A DNA stretch of 60,000 nt from Mobula hypostoma. Its lineage: Eukaryota. The notes under the pieces were generated by a model. It was not told the origin of the DNA and made no database searches. It was given only the letters and a program-made list of their open reading frames with translations. A program made the translations under genes and the position numbers. Shown here in pieces: positions 10,783 to 23,015 of the stretch. How positions within the stretch are numbered: position 1 is the stretch's first letter; each line of letters opens with the position of its first letter. The stretch covers positions 33,234,001 to 33,294,000 of the forward strand of contig NC_086109.1 of assembly GCF_963921235.1 (NCBI RefSeq), read 5' to 3'.

Positions 10783-12370
10783 ATGGCACTAGCAAAGAGC
10801 GATAAAGAGTTGAGACGGCAGTTGAAATCCTTGGGCTATTCGGCAGGGCCGGTCACTAACAGCACCAGATCGCTTTACGTGAAAAAATTAGCCCAGCTTC
10901 AGTCGGAAAATCGTCGGAAAGAACGGAGCGGGCGGACATCGCAGAGTATCAGGCAGAAGGAGGTTGGCACCTCGCAGCCAGTGCGCCAGCGGCCTAGTGC
11001 GGCCTCCGCTGGTACCAGGGCCTCTTCCAGCCGCTCCTGGGGCTGGCAGTTACAGGATGATCAGCACGACGGGGTATCAACCGAGGACCCCGCCGCTGAT
11101 AATGCCGGCTCTTCGGCCGATGACTTCGATGATACTCACTATACCAGGACATCCAAATCTGTGAGTGCCGGGCGAACGGGAGGTAATGCGTTCCGGGGAA
11201 CATCCTTGTACTCAGATGCATCTGGCAGCTTGCATTCAAATCCATACACAGGAACATTTGATAGTTTGAGTTCGGAACCGTGCGCAGAGACATCTGACAA
11301 CCAGTATTCAGATCCACATACGAGAATATTTGACAGTTTAGGCTCATTTACCAGGGATAGCCTGCTTTCGGGCCGATACAAGACGAAAACAGACAGCACG
11401 TATTCGGATCGATACACGGGGAAAACTGACAGCCCGTTTTCGGATCGATACAAAACGAAAACAGACAGCACGTATTCGGATCGATACACGGGGACAACTG
11501 ACAGCCCGTTTTCGGATCGATACAAAACGAAAACAGACAGCACGTATTCGGATCGATACACGGGGAAAACTGACAGCACGTATTCGGATCGATACAAGGG
11601 GACAACTGACAGCCCGTTTTCGGATCGATACAGGGGGACAACTGAAAGCACGTTTTCGGATCGATACAAAACGAAAACAGGCAGCACGTATTCTGATCGA
11701 TACACGGGGAAAACAGACAGCCCGTATTCGGATCGATACACTGGGAAAACTGACAGCACAATTTCAGATCGATTCACGGGGACAACTCACAGCCCGTTTT
11801 CGGTTCGATTCACTGGGAAAACAGCCAGCTTGCTTTCGGATCGATACACGGGGAAAACCGATAGCCCGTTTTCGGATCGATACACGGGGAAAACCGATAG
11901 TCTGCTTTCGGATCGATACACGGGGAAAACTGACAGCCTCTATTCACATCGAAGTACGGGAAAAGCTGACAGCATATATTCGGGCTCATATACCGAAAAA
12001 TATCAAGGTATAAGTTCAGATCCATATACAAGGAAACCTGAAGGTCTATGTTCGGATCGATATAGGGGCAAACTTAGCGACTTGCATTCGGGTGCAAGAA
12101 ATTCGGAAGAGTTTTATCCCGATACCCATTATAGAGGACGAGCAGACAGTTGGTCGGCGGACGAGGATGAAAGCTACATGCACCAATCTTATACTGGATC
12201 TGCTAAGAACGAGAAACAAAAGCATAAAAACCGTCTGGTTGAATGGGAGTTGTACCTATCGCGGTTTCTCTACATATCCACAATTGTGTTATGCCTTGTG
12301 CTTTTGGCATTAGTATGTGTCAAAGCCTTGGGGTTGCTTGAAGGATCGCAAGAGGACATAGATGAAAATA
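10783..12370 (+). CDS. LEMD2: LEM domain nuclear envelope protein 2, exon 1 (LEM domain, low-complexity repeat, TM1)
   Basis: LEM domain SDKELRRQLKSLGYSAGPVTNSTRSLYVKKL; TM helix LYLSRFLYISTIVLCLVLLALVCVK; donor AATA|gtaagt at 12370/12371 (phase 1). Confidence 0.93.
11236..12087 (+). repeat. coding 36-bp (12-aa) tandem repeat in LEMD2 exon 1
   Basis: 16 well-conserved SDRY(T/K)(G/T)KTDS(PF/TY) units at 11368-11943, plus about 3 degenerate units upstream and about 4 downstream. Confidence 0.95.
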
Positions 12371-12884
12371 GTAAGTATATGTGTTAGATTTGAAGTTAAT
12401 CAGGCATTTTGAAAACTTTAATGTGACCTCAGCACTACCTCCCTGCACTGTCCCTATTCTTTGAATGTCTAGTGATCTCCATCTTGAATATATTAAACAA
12501 CTGAACCTCTGCTCTTGGATAGAGGATATTGAGAGTGACCTTTAACTCTGGACACTACAGCCTGGGAAACGTATTAGCAACTAACTATAAAGCCCTAAAA
12601 GAGTTTTATATATTTCTATTAAATCATCTTACTCTTCTAAGCTGGAGAGTGTAGGCACAGTCTGCTTAACCTTTTTTCAGGAATCAGTCTGATGGTCTGT
12701 CACTGCATTGCTTCAAAGAGTCATGGAAACAGGCCATTGGATCCACCATGTCCACACCACCCATTGGCAGCTATCCATGTTAATTCTTTTTTCCAGCACT
12801 TGACCCACAGCCTTCTATGCCTAGGTGATTCGGAAGCTCATCTAGGCATTTTTTAAAATGCTGTCAGTTAGTTTGTTTCTACTG

Positions 12885-12977
12885 TCCTGAGTTGGATGAT
12901 CAGCCATGATCATACTGAATGGCAGTGCAGGCTCGAAGGGCCAAATGGCCTACTCCTATTTTCTATGTTTCTATGTT
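12885..12977 (+). mobile_element. tiny CR1 3'-end insertion
   Basis: Nearly identical to 547-648, ending in the ATGTTTCT tail. Confidence 0.8.
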
Positions 12978-14149
12978 TACTGCTCTCTCTGGAGTAGTGA
13001 TCACTCTTTCAGTGAGAAAAATCCATCTTGGATCCTGTCTAAAACGCTTAGTCCTTGCCCTAAATCTGTCTTCTCCAGTTTTATTCACATCTGATAAGCA
13101 ATTATAGTTTCCTGCAGCCTATCTTTTCTGTATCCCTCATAATTTTATACACCTCAATTATGATCCTTCTTAACCTATTCCTCATCATTCGCATATGGAG
13201 ATCAGATGGGGCCTCATCCAGGCCCTTAATAATGGAATAAGACATCTTCAGTCTTGTACTTAAATCCTGTCACATTAAAACCAGCATGTTGTTGGCTTTC
13301 CTAAATGCTTGCTTTTTGTGCAAGTTAAGTTGCAGTGATTTGTACATAGCAACACCCTTTAAACACCAACACAGTTTACTCTTTCACCATTTGAAAAAGT
13401 ATTATACCTTTTTTCTATTGAAGTTAATGATCTCATAATTTCCATGTTATATTTAATCTTCCACATCCTTTACATTCAATTAATATCATCTCCCAGAAAG
13501 GCTGCTCTGTATCCTCCTTATGGATCCATTTTGGTTTGTATCGTCAGCAAACATGGATATATTATATTTGCTCCCTTCATCCAAATCATTGATATCAATT
13601 GTAAACACCTGATGCCCTAGTACCTGTTTCTGTGGCACCTGGAAAGTCAAAATCTTCCAAGCTAAAAGGTACCCACTTTTATTTCAACTCATCCTGTCAC
13701 AGGTGTTTGCTTTGTTCATGCATCTTTTCCCTGCCTCTCCTGTTGAAGACTATATTGCATCTCTCTCTCTCTCTCTCCCAGATCTGATGAAGGATTGCAA
13801 ACCTAAAATGTGAACTGTACTCCATCTGCAGATGCTGTATGACATGCTGAGCTTTTCCAGCTTTTCTCTCTTTGTTTCAGATTTCAAGCATCTGCATTCT
13901 TAAAGTATCCCATTCATTAACCAGTTCTCAGTCCAGACCAGCATATTTCTTTCAATACTACACAATTTTGTTTTATAGTCTTTTCTGTGGCAGGATATAG
14001 AGAGCTTTTGGAGATGGCTAATATGTCTTGTCAATTGATTTGTCCGTATCTAATGTGTTAATTTAACTTCCGGAAAGCGTGCAACAAATTTGTTAATCAC
14101 TCTTCAATGAAGTATGAGATCCTGGGCCTCTGTGTGAAACAGTATGTGA

Positions 14150-14781
14150 GACTAATGCTACTTAAGCATCGCTCTAAGCACGGTGTAGTGTCTCACAGCT
14201 GCACATGTGCACACGACTGATGATGAGTTTGTAAATGGCATCAGTTGCATGTGTTTGTGTTCAAAAAGCAGTGATATTTGTCACTGATAGTTGGCAAGAA
14301 ATAAGCAGTAAGACAATTCAGAACTTTTTGCTCACTGTGGTTTCAAACATTCAGGCTTGGAGATGCCAGAAATGGCCTGGAGTGAAACTGAAACCATTTC
14401 ACTACTGTAGCAAGTTAGGAATGATGATGGTATTGGCAATTATCTTGAATATTATAATGAAAATGAAGATTTGAAGGATGCTTTGTATAAAGGCAGTCCA
14501 TTGTCTTGCACTTGGTATCTGCTGATTTTGTTCATTTACTGTCAAAAGAACATGGCAGATGAATTCTTCCATCGAAACTATTAGGAACTAATACAGTTTT
14601 ATAGTATTGGTAGTGTTCTATTTTATTTCATTTAGATAAATAAATTGTTACTTGGTCAAATGGTAGCTTGTCTTTTGTATACCCTTTAACCATTTCCACG
14701 AAGCTTTAGCTAATTGGGGCAGCTGCATAATTGGCTCAAAATGGCCTGGTCCTGATGTGTCCATTTAACTGGAATCCACTG
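14150..14781 (+). mobile_element. Tigger/pogo-like non-autonomous DNA transposon (left end lost)
   Basis: Homologous to 20319-21119; right TIR ...TTAACTGGAATCCACTG followed by TA. Confidence 0.65.
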
Positions 14782-15609
14782 TATCTCTTTTTGAGTGGTT
14801 AATTATGTATATGCAATTAAAACAATTTATATTTCAATCAAATTATAAAAAAACAGCAAGTTTCAATGGCTAAATTATTTTCTGAAGGTTTAGATTAGCC
14901 TTGAAAAATAGGAGTGATCTTTTCCCATTAGGATTATGGACTGTTGCTTCATTTTGTGTTGATTGCCACTAACAGACTTTAGCTTTTTAGTTCATGTACC
15001 AATCTTTTGTACCAGAGACTTTAAGTGACAAGTAAAAAGTGATATTTTGGCTGATATTAGGCGGATCAAGATGCAAAACTGGGAAAAGGTTTCCAATGAC
15101 CAGATGTAGAGCGAGTCTTTCATCTAGGGAAATTAAGAATGAGAGCACCCAATCTTCAACTTCGAGGTAGCTCATTCAGGAAGAAAAAACAGTAATCATT
15201 GTTTTACATAAAATGTTTATTTTTGTTTAAAAAGGCCCTGGTCATTCCCACCTTGCAATCCTTCTTTGGAAATTAGTGTTTTTTTTTTGTTGGGTAATAA
15301 CAGCATGCCTAGGGAAAGGCAAATAAATGGAGTTCAGATGGATATCAGCAAAGCAAGCTCAGGGACTGGGTGACATATTTCTGTTCCTCATATCCTTCTT
15401 TTGATGGTTATACGTCTCTGGTATAAAACCTCTTCAACTCTTGCAATCTCCATTGACTTTCATTATAACAATGGCATAAATTAGAGGTTGATTTTGTTTT
15501 TAATTTTGTTTGGCTCTTTTTGGATGTTTATTAGTGAGTAAAAATGGGTTAATTTTTGTTACTTAGAAAAGTTGTTTCAGTTTTCTGAGTAAGCTACTGT
15601 CAGTCTGTT

Positions 15610-15703
15610 CTCACATCAAAGTTGCTGGTGAACGCAGCAGGCCAGGCAGCATCTCTAGGAAGAGGTACAGTCAACGTTTCAGGCCGAGACCTTCCTGACG
15701 AAG
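15610..15703 (-). mobile_element. short Penelope-derived hammerhead-region fragment with inverted junction
   Basis: Reverse complement of 22935-23015, joined directly to a + strand CCTGACGAAG. Confidence 0.65.
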
Positions 15704-15830
15704 ATTTTGGCTTATTTTTATAGATATCAGACTAAAGCCTAATGTGGATCTCCTGCCAGTTTTGACACATGTACTTGCTTGTTATGTGCTTGTTTAGGAT
15801 TTTACAATCTTTGTTTTGTTTCATTTTTAG

Positions 15831-15871
15831 TTAAGATGTTGCCCATTGATTGCAGTGGTAAAACAGACAAC
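15831..15871 (+). CDS. LEMD2: LEMD2 exon 2
   Basis: tttttag|TT AAG...AAC|gtgagt. Encodes (I)KMLPIDCSGKTDN, compared with human MKLLPVDCERKTDE; 41 nt. Confidence 0.92.
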
Positions 15872-16711
15872 GTGAGTAACTTTTCCTTTTCTTTTAAAAA
15901 TGTTACAAATAACCTGACTTCAGTTTAATAGTTGGGTTTACTCTAGAATTGGTTGCATGTTACAGAACATTAAATTCAAAGTTGATTTTCCATCTGTTTC
16001 CAAGATCACAGCATTGTATAAGTGATGACTGTCCTCGTGGATTCTGTACCGGAACCAATTTGGTATAGGATCCAAGAAAAAAAATTCTCAGTGTAAATGC
16101 CAGGGAATCTCACCTAGCTATTGTTTCACCATTGAACTTGAAGTGGAATCTAGCAGCATAAGCACAGATAGCACCTGTCGGCAGAACTCAGCCCGCAGAT
16201 TTTAGACTTTTATGCATGAGTACCAAACTTGTGACTTTCTAAATGTAAACTGTTGACAAAGCAAAGTAAATCCTGGACTGTTGTCTCTGCAGTGAATTCA
16301 CAGCAACATTTCATGTTCTCAAAGTAAGATGATAAAATTGTTCTCAAACATTGTGTTTAAATCTATGTGTAACTATTTTCCAGACCTAACTATTCACCAA
16401 GTAATTTATAAAAATAGTTCAAGTTAATAAATATGGATGGGTTCTAAAATTCTAGTAGGCTCAGCGAGGCTCTGTCTTCTAGAAGATGAGTTCAGATTAC
16501 AACTGTTGATTAGAGTTTGAACTCTTCATTTGGTCAACATTTGCATGTTCTTATGGTCTGGAATTATCAGATTTATTCAGATTACTTTATTGTCTTCTAG
16601 ACCTGGGTGCAATGAAATTATTTGCTTGTGTGAAGCTCAGAGACTAAACATGGTAATACTAATGCAACAATAAATCAAAACAACAATGGTGTGAAAAATG
16701 GTGTAATCTGA

Positions 16712-16906
16712 ACATGAGATTCTGCAGATGCTGGAAATCCACAGCAACACACAAAAAATACAGGAGGAATTCAGCAGGTCAGGCAGCATCTGTGGAAATA
16801 AACAGCTGATCCTTTGGACCAAGACCCTTCATCAGTACCCTTCAGCCAGTCCTTGAAACTTTGACTGTTTATTCATTTCCATAGATGCTGCCTGAACTGC
16901 TGAGTG
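16712..16906. mobile_element. inverted pair of Penelope-derived terminal fragments
   Basis: A minus copy (…GACCCTTCATCAG) is followed by a plus copy (CCAGTCC…ATAGATGCTGCCTGA…). Confidence 0.65.
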
Positions 16907-18106
16907 TAATCTGGAAAAAGCTTCTAAAGTGACAATAAAAGAATAACTACGGCAGAATTTAGAGTCCAGATCCTTGAGCCTGGTTGTCCAGGTTTCAATA
17001 TCTTTTAGAAGGTAGAAAAGAGAAAAGGTAATTGCAAGGTGGGGGGGGGGGGGCGCAGGCATTCTTGACAATTCTTCTAGTTTTCTGATGCAGTACATTG
17101 TGAAGATGAACTAGGATGTTAGAAAGTGACAAGCCTGTGATGAATTGGACAGTGTTTATCCCTCTCTGCATGTTACACCTGTCCAGAATAGAGCTGTTAC
17201 TGTACCAGATTGAGATGCAATTCATCAGGATACTTTCAATTGCGCATCTCTAGAAATTCAAGAGAATCCCATCTTACTTTGTCTCTCCTTTTGGATGAAG
17301 TTCTCTCCCACACTATTACTGTGCCTACTAGTTTTCTAATTCCCTTGTACAGTTTGTCAAGCATTCGTGCACCCTAACGATAAATGCAGGCTTTGTTTTA
17401 TGCACTAAAATATTTCTGATACACTTAAGGAAGGGTTCCCAGCCTTTTATTGCCATGGAACAATGCCATTAAGCAAGGGGTACGTGGACTGCAGCAAGGG
17501 GAAACTAGATAAACACAAATAAAGGAATAGAAGGTTATGCTGATTGAGTTATAGGAAGAGTTGGTCATGAAGGATAAACACCAACACTGACTTTTGGTGC
17601 TGTAAATGATTGATATCTATAAATAATTCATGACCGAATAATGTTTTGTGCCATTCTTGTTCAAATTCCATTCCAAGTTTAAAAGATTGCTCATTGGTGG
17701 TGGTATAACCTTACCTTAATATTTGAAGTTTTCAGATAATAATGTTGAAGGATTATTTTGACTGGTTGATGAAAGACAATGATTGGATCATAGAACTAAG
17801 ATTAGCACTAAAATGTACAGTAGGGGATTGGATTTTTGAACTAAATATTATTTGCTTTTATCACAAATGACATAAGCTATTAATTGTGAAATTCTATTGT
17901 TGGATTAGATAGAAAGTGCTTATTAAATGTGCTAACTTCAATATTATATAGTTGGACATTTTTGCCATTGCGGAACTTTTGAACTTAACCATTTTATCTG
18001 GATTAAGTTTATATAAACCAGTTTTTTGTTTGTCAGTAAATGGGACTTGGCGCCTATTCTTTTAGATCGACATCATGCAGATGGTCATAATTAGCATTAT
18101 TAGACC

Positions 18107-19930
18107 AAAGTTCAAAGTAAATTTATTATCAAAGTACATATATGTCACCATATACATCCCTAAGATTCACTTTCTGGCAGCCATTCTCAATAAATCCATA
18201 TTAGAAAATTAACATAATAGAATCATTGAAAGACCACACCAGCTTGGGCATTCAAGCTGTGTGCAAATACGAAAAGAAAGAAATAATAACAAATCAGCAA
18301 TAAATATTGAGAACATTAGATGAAGATTCCTTGAAAGTGAGTCAGTTGGTTATGGGAACATTTCAATGTTAAGTTATCCCCTGTGGTTCAGGAGCCTGAT
18401 GGTAGAGGAGTAATAACTGTTCCTGAACCTGATGGTATGAGTTCTAAGGCTCCTGTACCACCTTCCTGATGGCAATAGCAAAAAGAAAGCATTCCTTGGA
18501 TGGTGGGGGTCCCTGATAGTGGATGCTACTTTCCTGCAACAACACTCGTGTAGGTGTGCTCAGTGGTAGGGAGGGATAAACCCCGTTGTATCCATTACTT
18601 TTGTAGGATTTTGCATTCAAGAGCGTTGGTGTTTGCATACCAGGCTGTGATGTAGCCAGTTAGTATAGTCTCCACTACACATCTACGGACATTTGTTCTA
18701 GATGTAAAGCCGAGTCATTGCAAGCTCCTTAGGAAGTAGAGGTATTACTGTGCTTTCTTCGTAATTGTACTTGTGTGCTGGGCCCAGGTCCTCTGAAATA
18801 ATAACACTGAGGAATTTAAAGTTGCTGACCCTTTCCACCTCTGATTTCTGTCCCCCTCCCCTCCTCCATGGGGACTGGCTCATGGATCTTTGGTTTCCTC
18901 CTCCTGAAGTCAACAATCTTGCTGATGTAGAGTGAGGGGTTGTTGTTGTGGCACCACTCAGCCAGATTTTCGGTCTCCCACCTATGTGCTGATTCGTCAC
19001 CATCTTTGATTCGGCCCACAACAGTGGTGTCATCAGCAAACTTGATAATGGCATTGGATCTGTGCTTAGCCACACAGTCATAAGTATAAAGCGAGTAGAG
19101 CGGGGGCTAATCATGCAGCCTTGTGGTATGTCTGTGATAATGGAGATCGTGGAGGAGATGTTGTTGCTGATCCAAACTGACTGGGGTCTGCAAGTGAGGA
19201 AATTGAGGATTCAATTGCACAAGGAGGTATTGAGGCCAAGGTCTTGAAGCTTGTTGATCAGAAGAAGCATCCTGATGTATGTATCTTTGTTGAGTTGTTC
19301 CAGGGTTCAGTGAAGAGCTAATAAGATGTAATCTGCTGTGGACTTGCTCTAGTAGGCAAACTGGAGTTACTTCTCGGGCAGAGTTTGATATATTCCATCA
19401 CCAATCTCACAAAATGTTTAATTCACTATGGATGTAAGCACTCTAGACGATAGGCATTGAGGAAGGTTAGCATGTTCTTCTTAGGCACTGGTATAATTAA
19501 TGCCTGGTTGAAGCAGTGGGGGCGGGGGGGGGGCGAAGGATACCTCAGACTGACGAAGCAGGAAGTTAAAGATCTTACTGAACACTCCAGCCTGTTGATC
19601 AACACAGGTACCCCATCTGGCCGGAAGCTTTTCATGGCTTCACCCTGCTGGAGGCTGCTCACACATCAGCTTCAGACAGAAATCACAGGATCATCGGGGA
19701 TGTGGGAGTTCGTGATGGTTCTTCCAAGTTTTGACAGTCAAATGAGCATAGAAGGCATTGAGCTCATCTGGATGTGAAGTCCTGTTGTCGCCTATGTCAC
19801 TTGATATAAATTTATGAGGTGATAGTATTCAAGCCCTGCCACAACTGTCTAACATCCTTTGTTGATTAAAGTTTAGTCCAGAATTGCCACTTTACCCATG
19901 AGATAGTTTTCCAGTGATCATACCTGGACC
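18107..19930 (-). mobile_element. Rex1/Babar-type LINE, degenerate RT and 3' end
   Basis: SNAIIKFADDTTVVGRIKDGDES...LAEWCHNNN and IIPVPKKN motifs; 3' tail AATAAATTTACTTTGAACTTT on the minus strand. Confidence 0.85.
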
Positions 19931-20318
19931 AAGTCTGCGATCCAAGAAGATGGTGACCGTTGTAATTTATCTTTTTTAATAATGAAGCAATTAGCTGAAA
20001 CAGAGAAGACTTGCAAAATTTTGCTGTCTTGTATTATTGTCACACTAATCTAATCAAGCAGTAATAGATTGGTTAAAATCCTTACTGTTCTAATAGTATT
20101 AGATAGTTGGAATATTTTATGGCAATCACATATCATCTTCAACCTAGATCTAAGGTAGATGATATCCTACACAGCTGTTTTGGACCTATATTGCTGTATT
20201 GTTTAACAGTGATTTGTGTGTCTTGTTTATTCATGGTTTAATAATCTTGAATCTCCAGACCAATGCCTGGCTATGACATTAGTAGCTCACTAGAGGTCAC
20301 TATTCACTATTAGGTATG

Positions 20319-21119
20319 CAGTGGATTACAGTTAATTTGGCCATCAGATAATTGGAGCAGCAATTTATTTGGAACAATTCTTAAAGCACAAAAACTAATC
20401 AAGAAAATAGCCAGCATTCCCTTTGTTTATTGGGACACTGCTGCTTAATTGAGACAGGAGGTTGTTGCTGAACAGTCACGTGCAATTAAGTGGCCTTTAG
20501 ATACTACATGCTTAGAGCAAACAATTTTTAAATAGCATCAGTTCTGATTGTTTGTGTTCAAAAAGCAGTGAATTTTGTCACTGATGCTTGGTGAGATATA
20601 ACCAGCAAGTTAATTTGCAACTGTTGTACTCACTGTGGTTTCAGGCATTCAGCCTTGGAGATGTCAGAAAGGGCCAGGAGTGAAAATGAAACTATTTCAC
20701 TACTTCAAGTTAGGAAGTACAGAGACTTTGAAGGTATTGACAATCATTTTGTATGTTACAATGAAATGAAGATTTGGAAGATGCAGTTGTCAATAGCATT
20801 ATATGAAGGCAGTCCATTATCTGCACTAGGTCTCTGCACTGATTTTTGTTCATTTACAATCAATCAACAGAACACAGCAGCATATGATGGATGAATTCGT
20901 CCATTGATAACCATTAAGAACTATTACAGTTTTATAGTACTATAGTGGTATAGGTACTGGTCTAATTTATTCTGTATTTCACTTAAATGCATAATTTGTT
21001 ACCCAGTTAAACAGTAGTTTTTTTGTTAAGCCTTTTTAACTATTTCCATGAAGGGGCAGCCACTTAATTGGGCCAAAATGTACTAGCCTTGATGTGTCTC
21101 AATTAACCAGAATCTACTG
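20319..21119 (+). mobile_element. Tigger/pogo-like non-autonomous DNA transposon
   Basis: TIRs CAGTGGATTACAGTTAATT ... AATTAACCAGAATCTACTG followed by TA. Confidence 0.72.
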
Positions 21120-21441
21120 TATTTGGAGTCCATAATAAAATTAAATCATTGAATGTTGTTGAATATTCTGGTACTTGTTGAAGGGTTTCGGCCCAAACAT
21201 CGATTGTATTCTTTTCCATAGATGCTAACCTAGCCTATTGAGTTCCTCCTGCATTTTGAGTGTGTTGTGTTTGAATATTTCTTTAATTCTTCTTGAGTAA
21301 AGAAAAGGCTTCATGACATATTGGATCTATTTATACTTTGGTACTAAAAATGCAATTAAATTAACTGCATGAATTTTAACATGGAACTAAACATGAGGAA
21401 GACTTTTTTCAGTTTATTTATTGAGTTTTATTTTATTCTAG

Positions 21442-21517
21442 TTTTGCAAAGCTGAAGAGCACAAAATGATAATGATTATATTGACTGAAGTATATGAGTT
21501 TTTGGCAGAAATGGCAG
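21442..21517 (+). CDS. LEMD2: LEMD2 exon 3
   Basis: ttctag|TTT...GCAG|gtacgt. Encodes FCKAEEHKMIMIILTEVYEFLAEMA; 76 nt. Confidence 0.92.
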
Positions 21518-21902
21518 GTACGTTAAGGATCATTTCAAAATTATGCAATCTTTTGTAATTGTTTTTTTTATTATTGTCACATGTACTGAAGTATAGTTTT
21601 AAAAAAAACTTTTTTTGCATCCCAGGATATAGATCATTTCATTACATCAGTGCATTGAAGTAGAGCAGGAGAAAGCAATAACAGAATGGAAAATAAAGTG
21701 TTACAGTTACAGGAAAAAGTGTAGTGTAGGGAGACAAAATACAAGGCATGACAAAGTTGATTGAGTGGTCAAGAGTGCATCTTATCTTACAAGGAGACTG
21801 TTCAATTGCCTTTAAATGGTGGGAGAGAAGATGTCTTTGAGCCTGTGATGTGTGCTTTCAGACTTTTGTATCTTCTGCCTGATGAGAGAGGTGAAAATAA
21901 AG

Positions 21903-23015
21903 AATGTCCCTTCCTCCACCATCAACTCTGCTCTCAAACGCAACTCTCCCATTTCACACACATCTGCTCTCATTCCATCCTCCCACCACCCAACTAGGAA
22001 TAGGGTTCCCCTGGTCCTCACCTACCACCCCACCAGCCTCCGGGTCCAACATATAATTCTCCGTGACTTCTGCCACCTTCAACATGATCTCACCACTAAG
22101 CGCATCTTTCCTCCCCCCCACCCCCTGCCGCTTTCCACAGGGATCGCTCCCTATGCGGCTCTCTTGTCCATTCGTCCCCTCCCCATTCCTCCCCACCAAT
22201 CTCCCTCCCAGCACTTATCCTTGTAAGCGGAACAAGTGTTACACATGCCCTTACACTTCCTCCCTCACTACCATTCAGGGCCCTAGATAGTCCTTCTAGG
22301 TGAGGCGACACTTCACCTGTGAGTCAGCTGGGGTGATATACTGTGTCTGGTGATCCCGATGCGGCCTTCTATATATTGACAAGACCTGGCGCAGACTGGG
22401 AGACTGTTTCACTGAACACCGACACTCTGTCCGCCAGAGAAAGCAGGATCTCCCAGTGGCCACACATTTTAATTCCACGTCCCATTCCCATTCTGATATG
22501 TCTATCCATGGCCTCCTCTACTGTAAAGATGAAGCCACACTCAGGTTGGAGGAACAACACCTTATATTCCGTCTGGGTAGCCTTCAACCTGATGGTGTGA
22601 ACATTGACTTCTCTAACTTCCGTTAATGCCCCTCCTCCCCCTCGTACCCCATCCATTGTTTACTTATTATTATATACTTTTTTTCTCTCTCTCCTTTTTC
22701 TCCCTTTGTCCCTCTCACTATACTCCTTGCCTGTCCTTTGGGCTTCACCCCCCCCACCCTTTCTTTCTCCCTAGACCTCCCGTCCCATGATCCTCTTGTA
22801 TCCCTTTTGCCAATCAACTTTCCAGCTCTTGGCTCCATCCCTCCCCCTCCTATCTTCTCCTAAGATTTGGATGTCCCCCTCCCCCTCCCACTTTCAAATC
22901 TTACTAGCTCTTCCTTCAGTTAGTCCTGACGAAGGGTCTCGGCCCGAAACGTCTACTGTACCTCTTCCTAGAGATGCTGCCCGGCCTGCTGTGTTCACCA
23001 GCAACTTTTATGTGT
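21903..23015 (+). mobile_element. Penelope-like retroelement, 3' part (GIY-YIG endonuclease, pyrimidine-rich UTR, hammerhead)
   Basis: RVPLVLTYHP, PCKRNKCYTCP, FTCESAGVIYC..SRCGLLYI..T.RRLGDCFTEH and LEEQHLIFRLGSLQPDG motifs. It is inserted into a Rex1-type fragment that resumes at about 23016. Confidence 0.9.
22921..22958 (+). ncRNA. minimal type I hammerhead ribozyme motif
   Basis: TAGTC-CTGACGA-A-GGGTCTCGGCCC-GAAA-CG-TC-TACTG: intact core, GGG/CCC stem II, palindromic ACGT stem III, GUC cleavage triplet. One stem I mismatch. Confidence 0.75.

Noticed and set aside
11368..11943. 36-bp periodicity superficially like a CRISPR array
   Set aside because: The units are contiguous with no unique spacers, lie in frame within a eukaryotic exon, and have no cas genes nearby.
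11139..12031. Minus-strand ORFs with Cys-rich (CCQFSPCIDP) and SVFPVYRSE repeats resembling keratin-associated proteins
   Set aside because: These are antisense shadows of the 36-bp LEMD2 repeat, which happens to lack stops in those frames. There is no independent evidence of a gene.
10777..12387. ORF-track 536-aa protein as a complete single-exon gene
   Set aside because: It starts at TTG (the real ATG is at 10783) and runs past the gtaagt donor at 12371; it is exon 1 of LEMD2.
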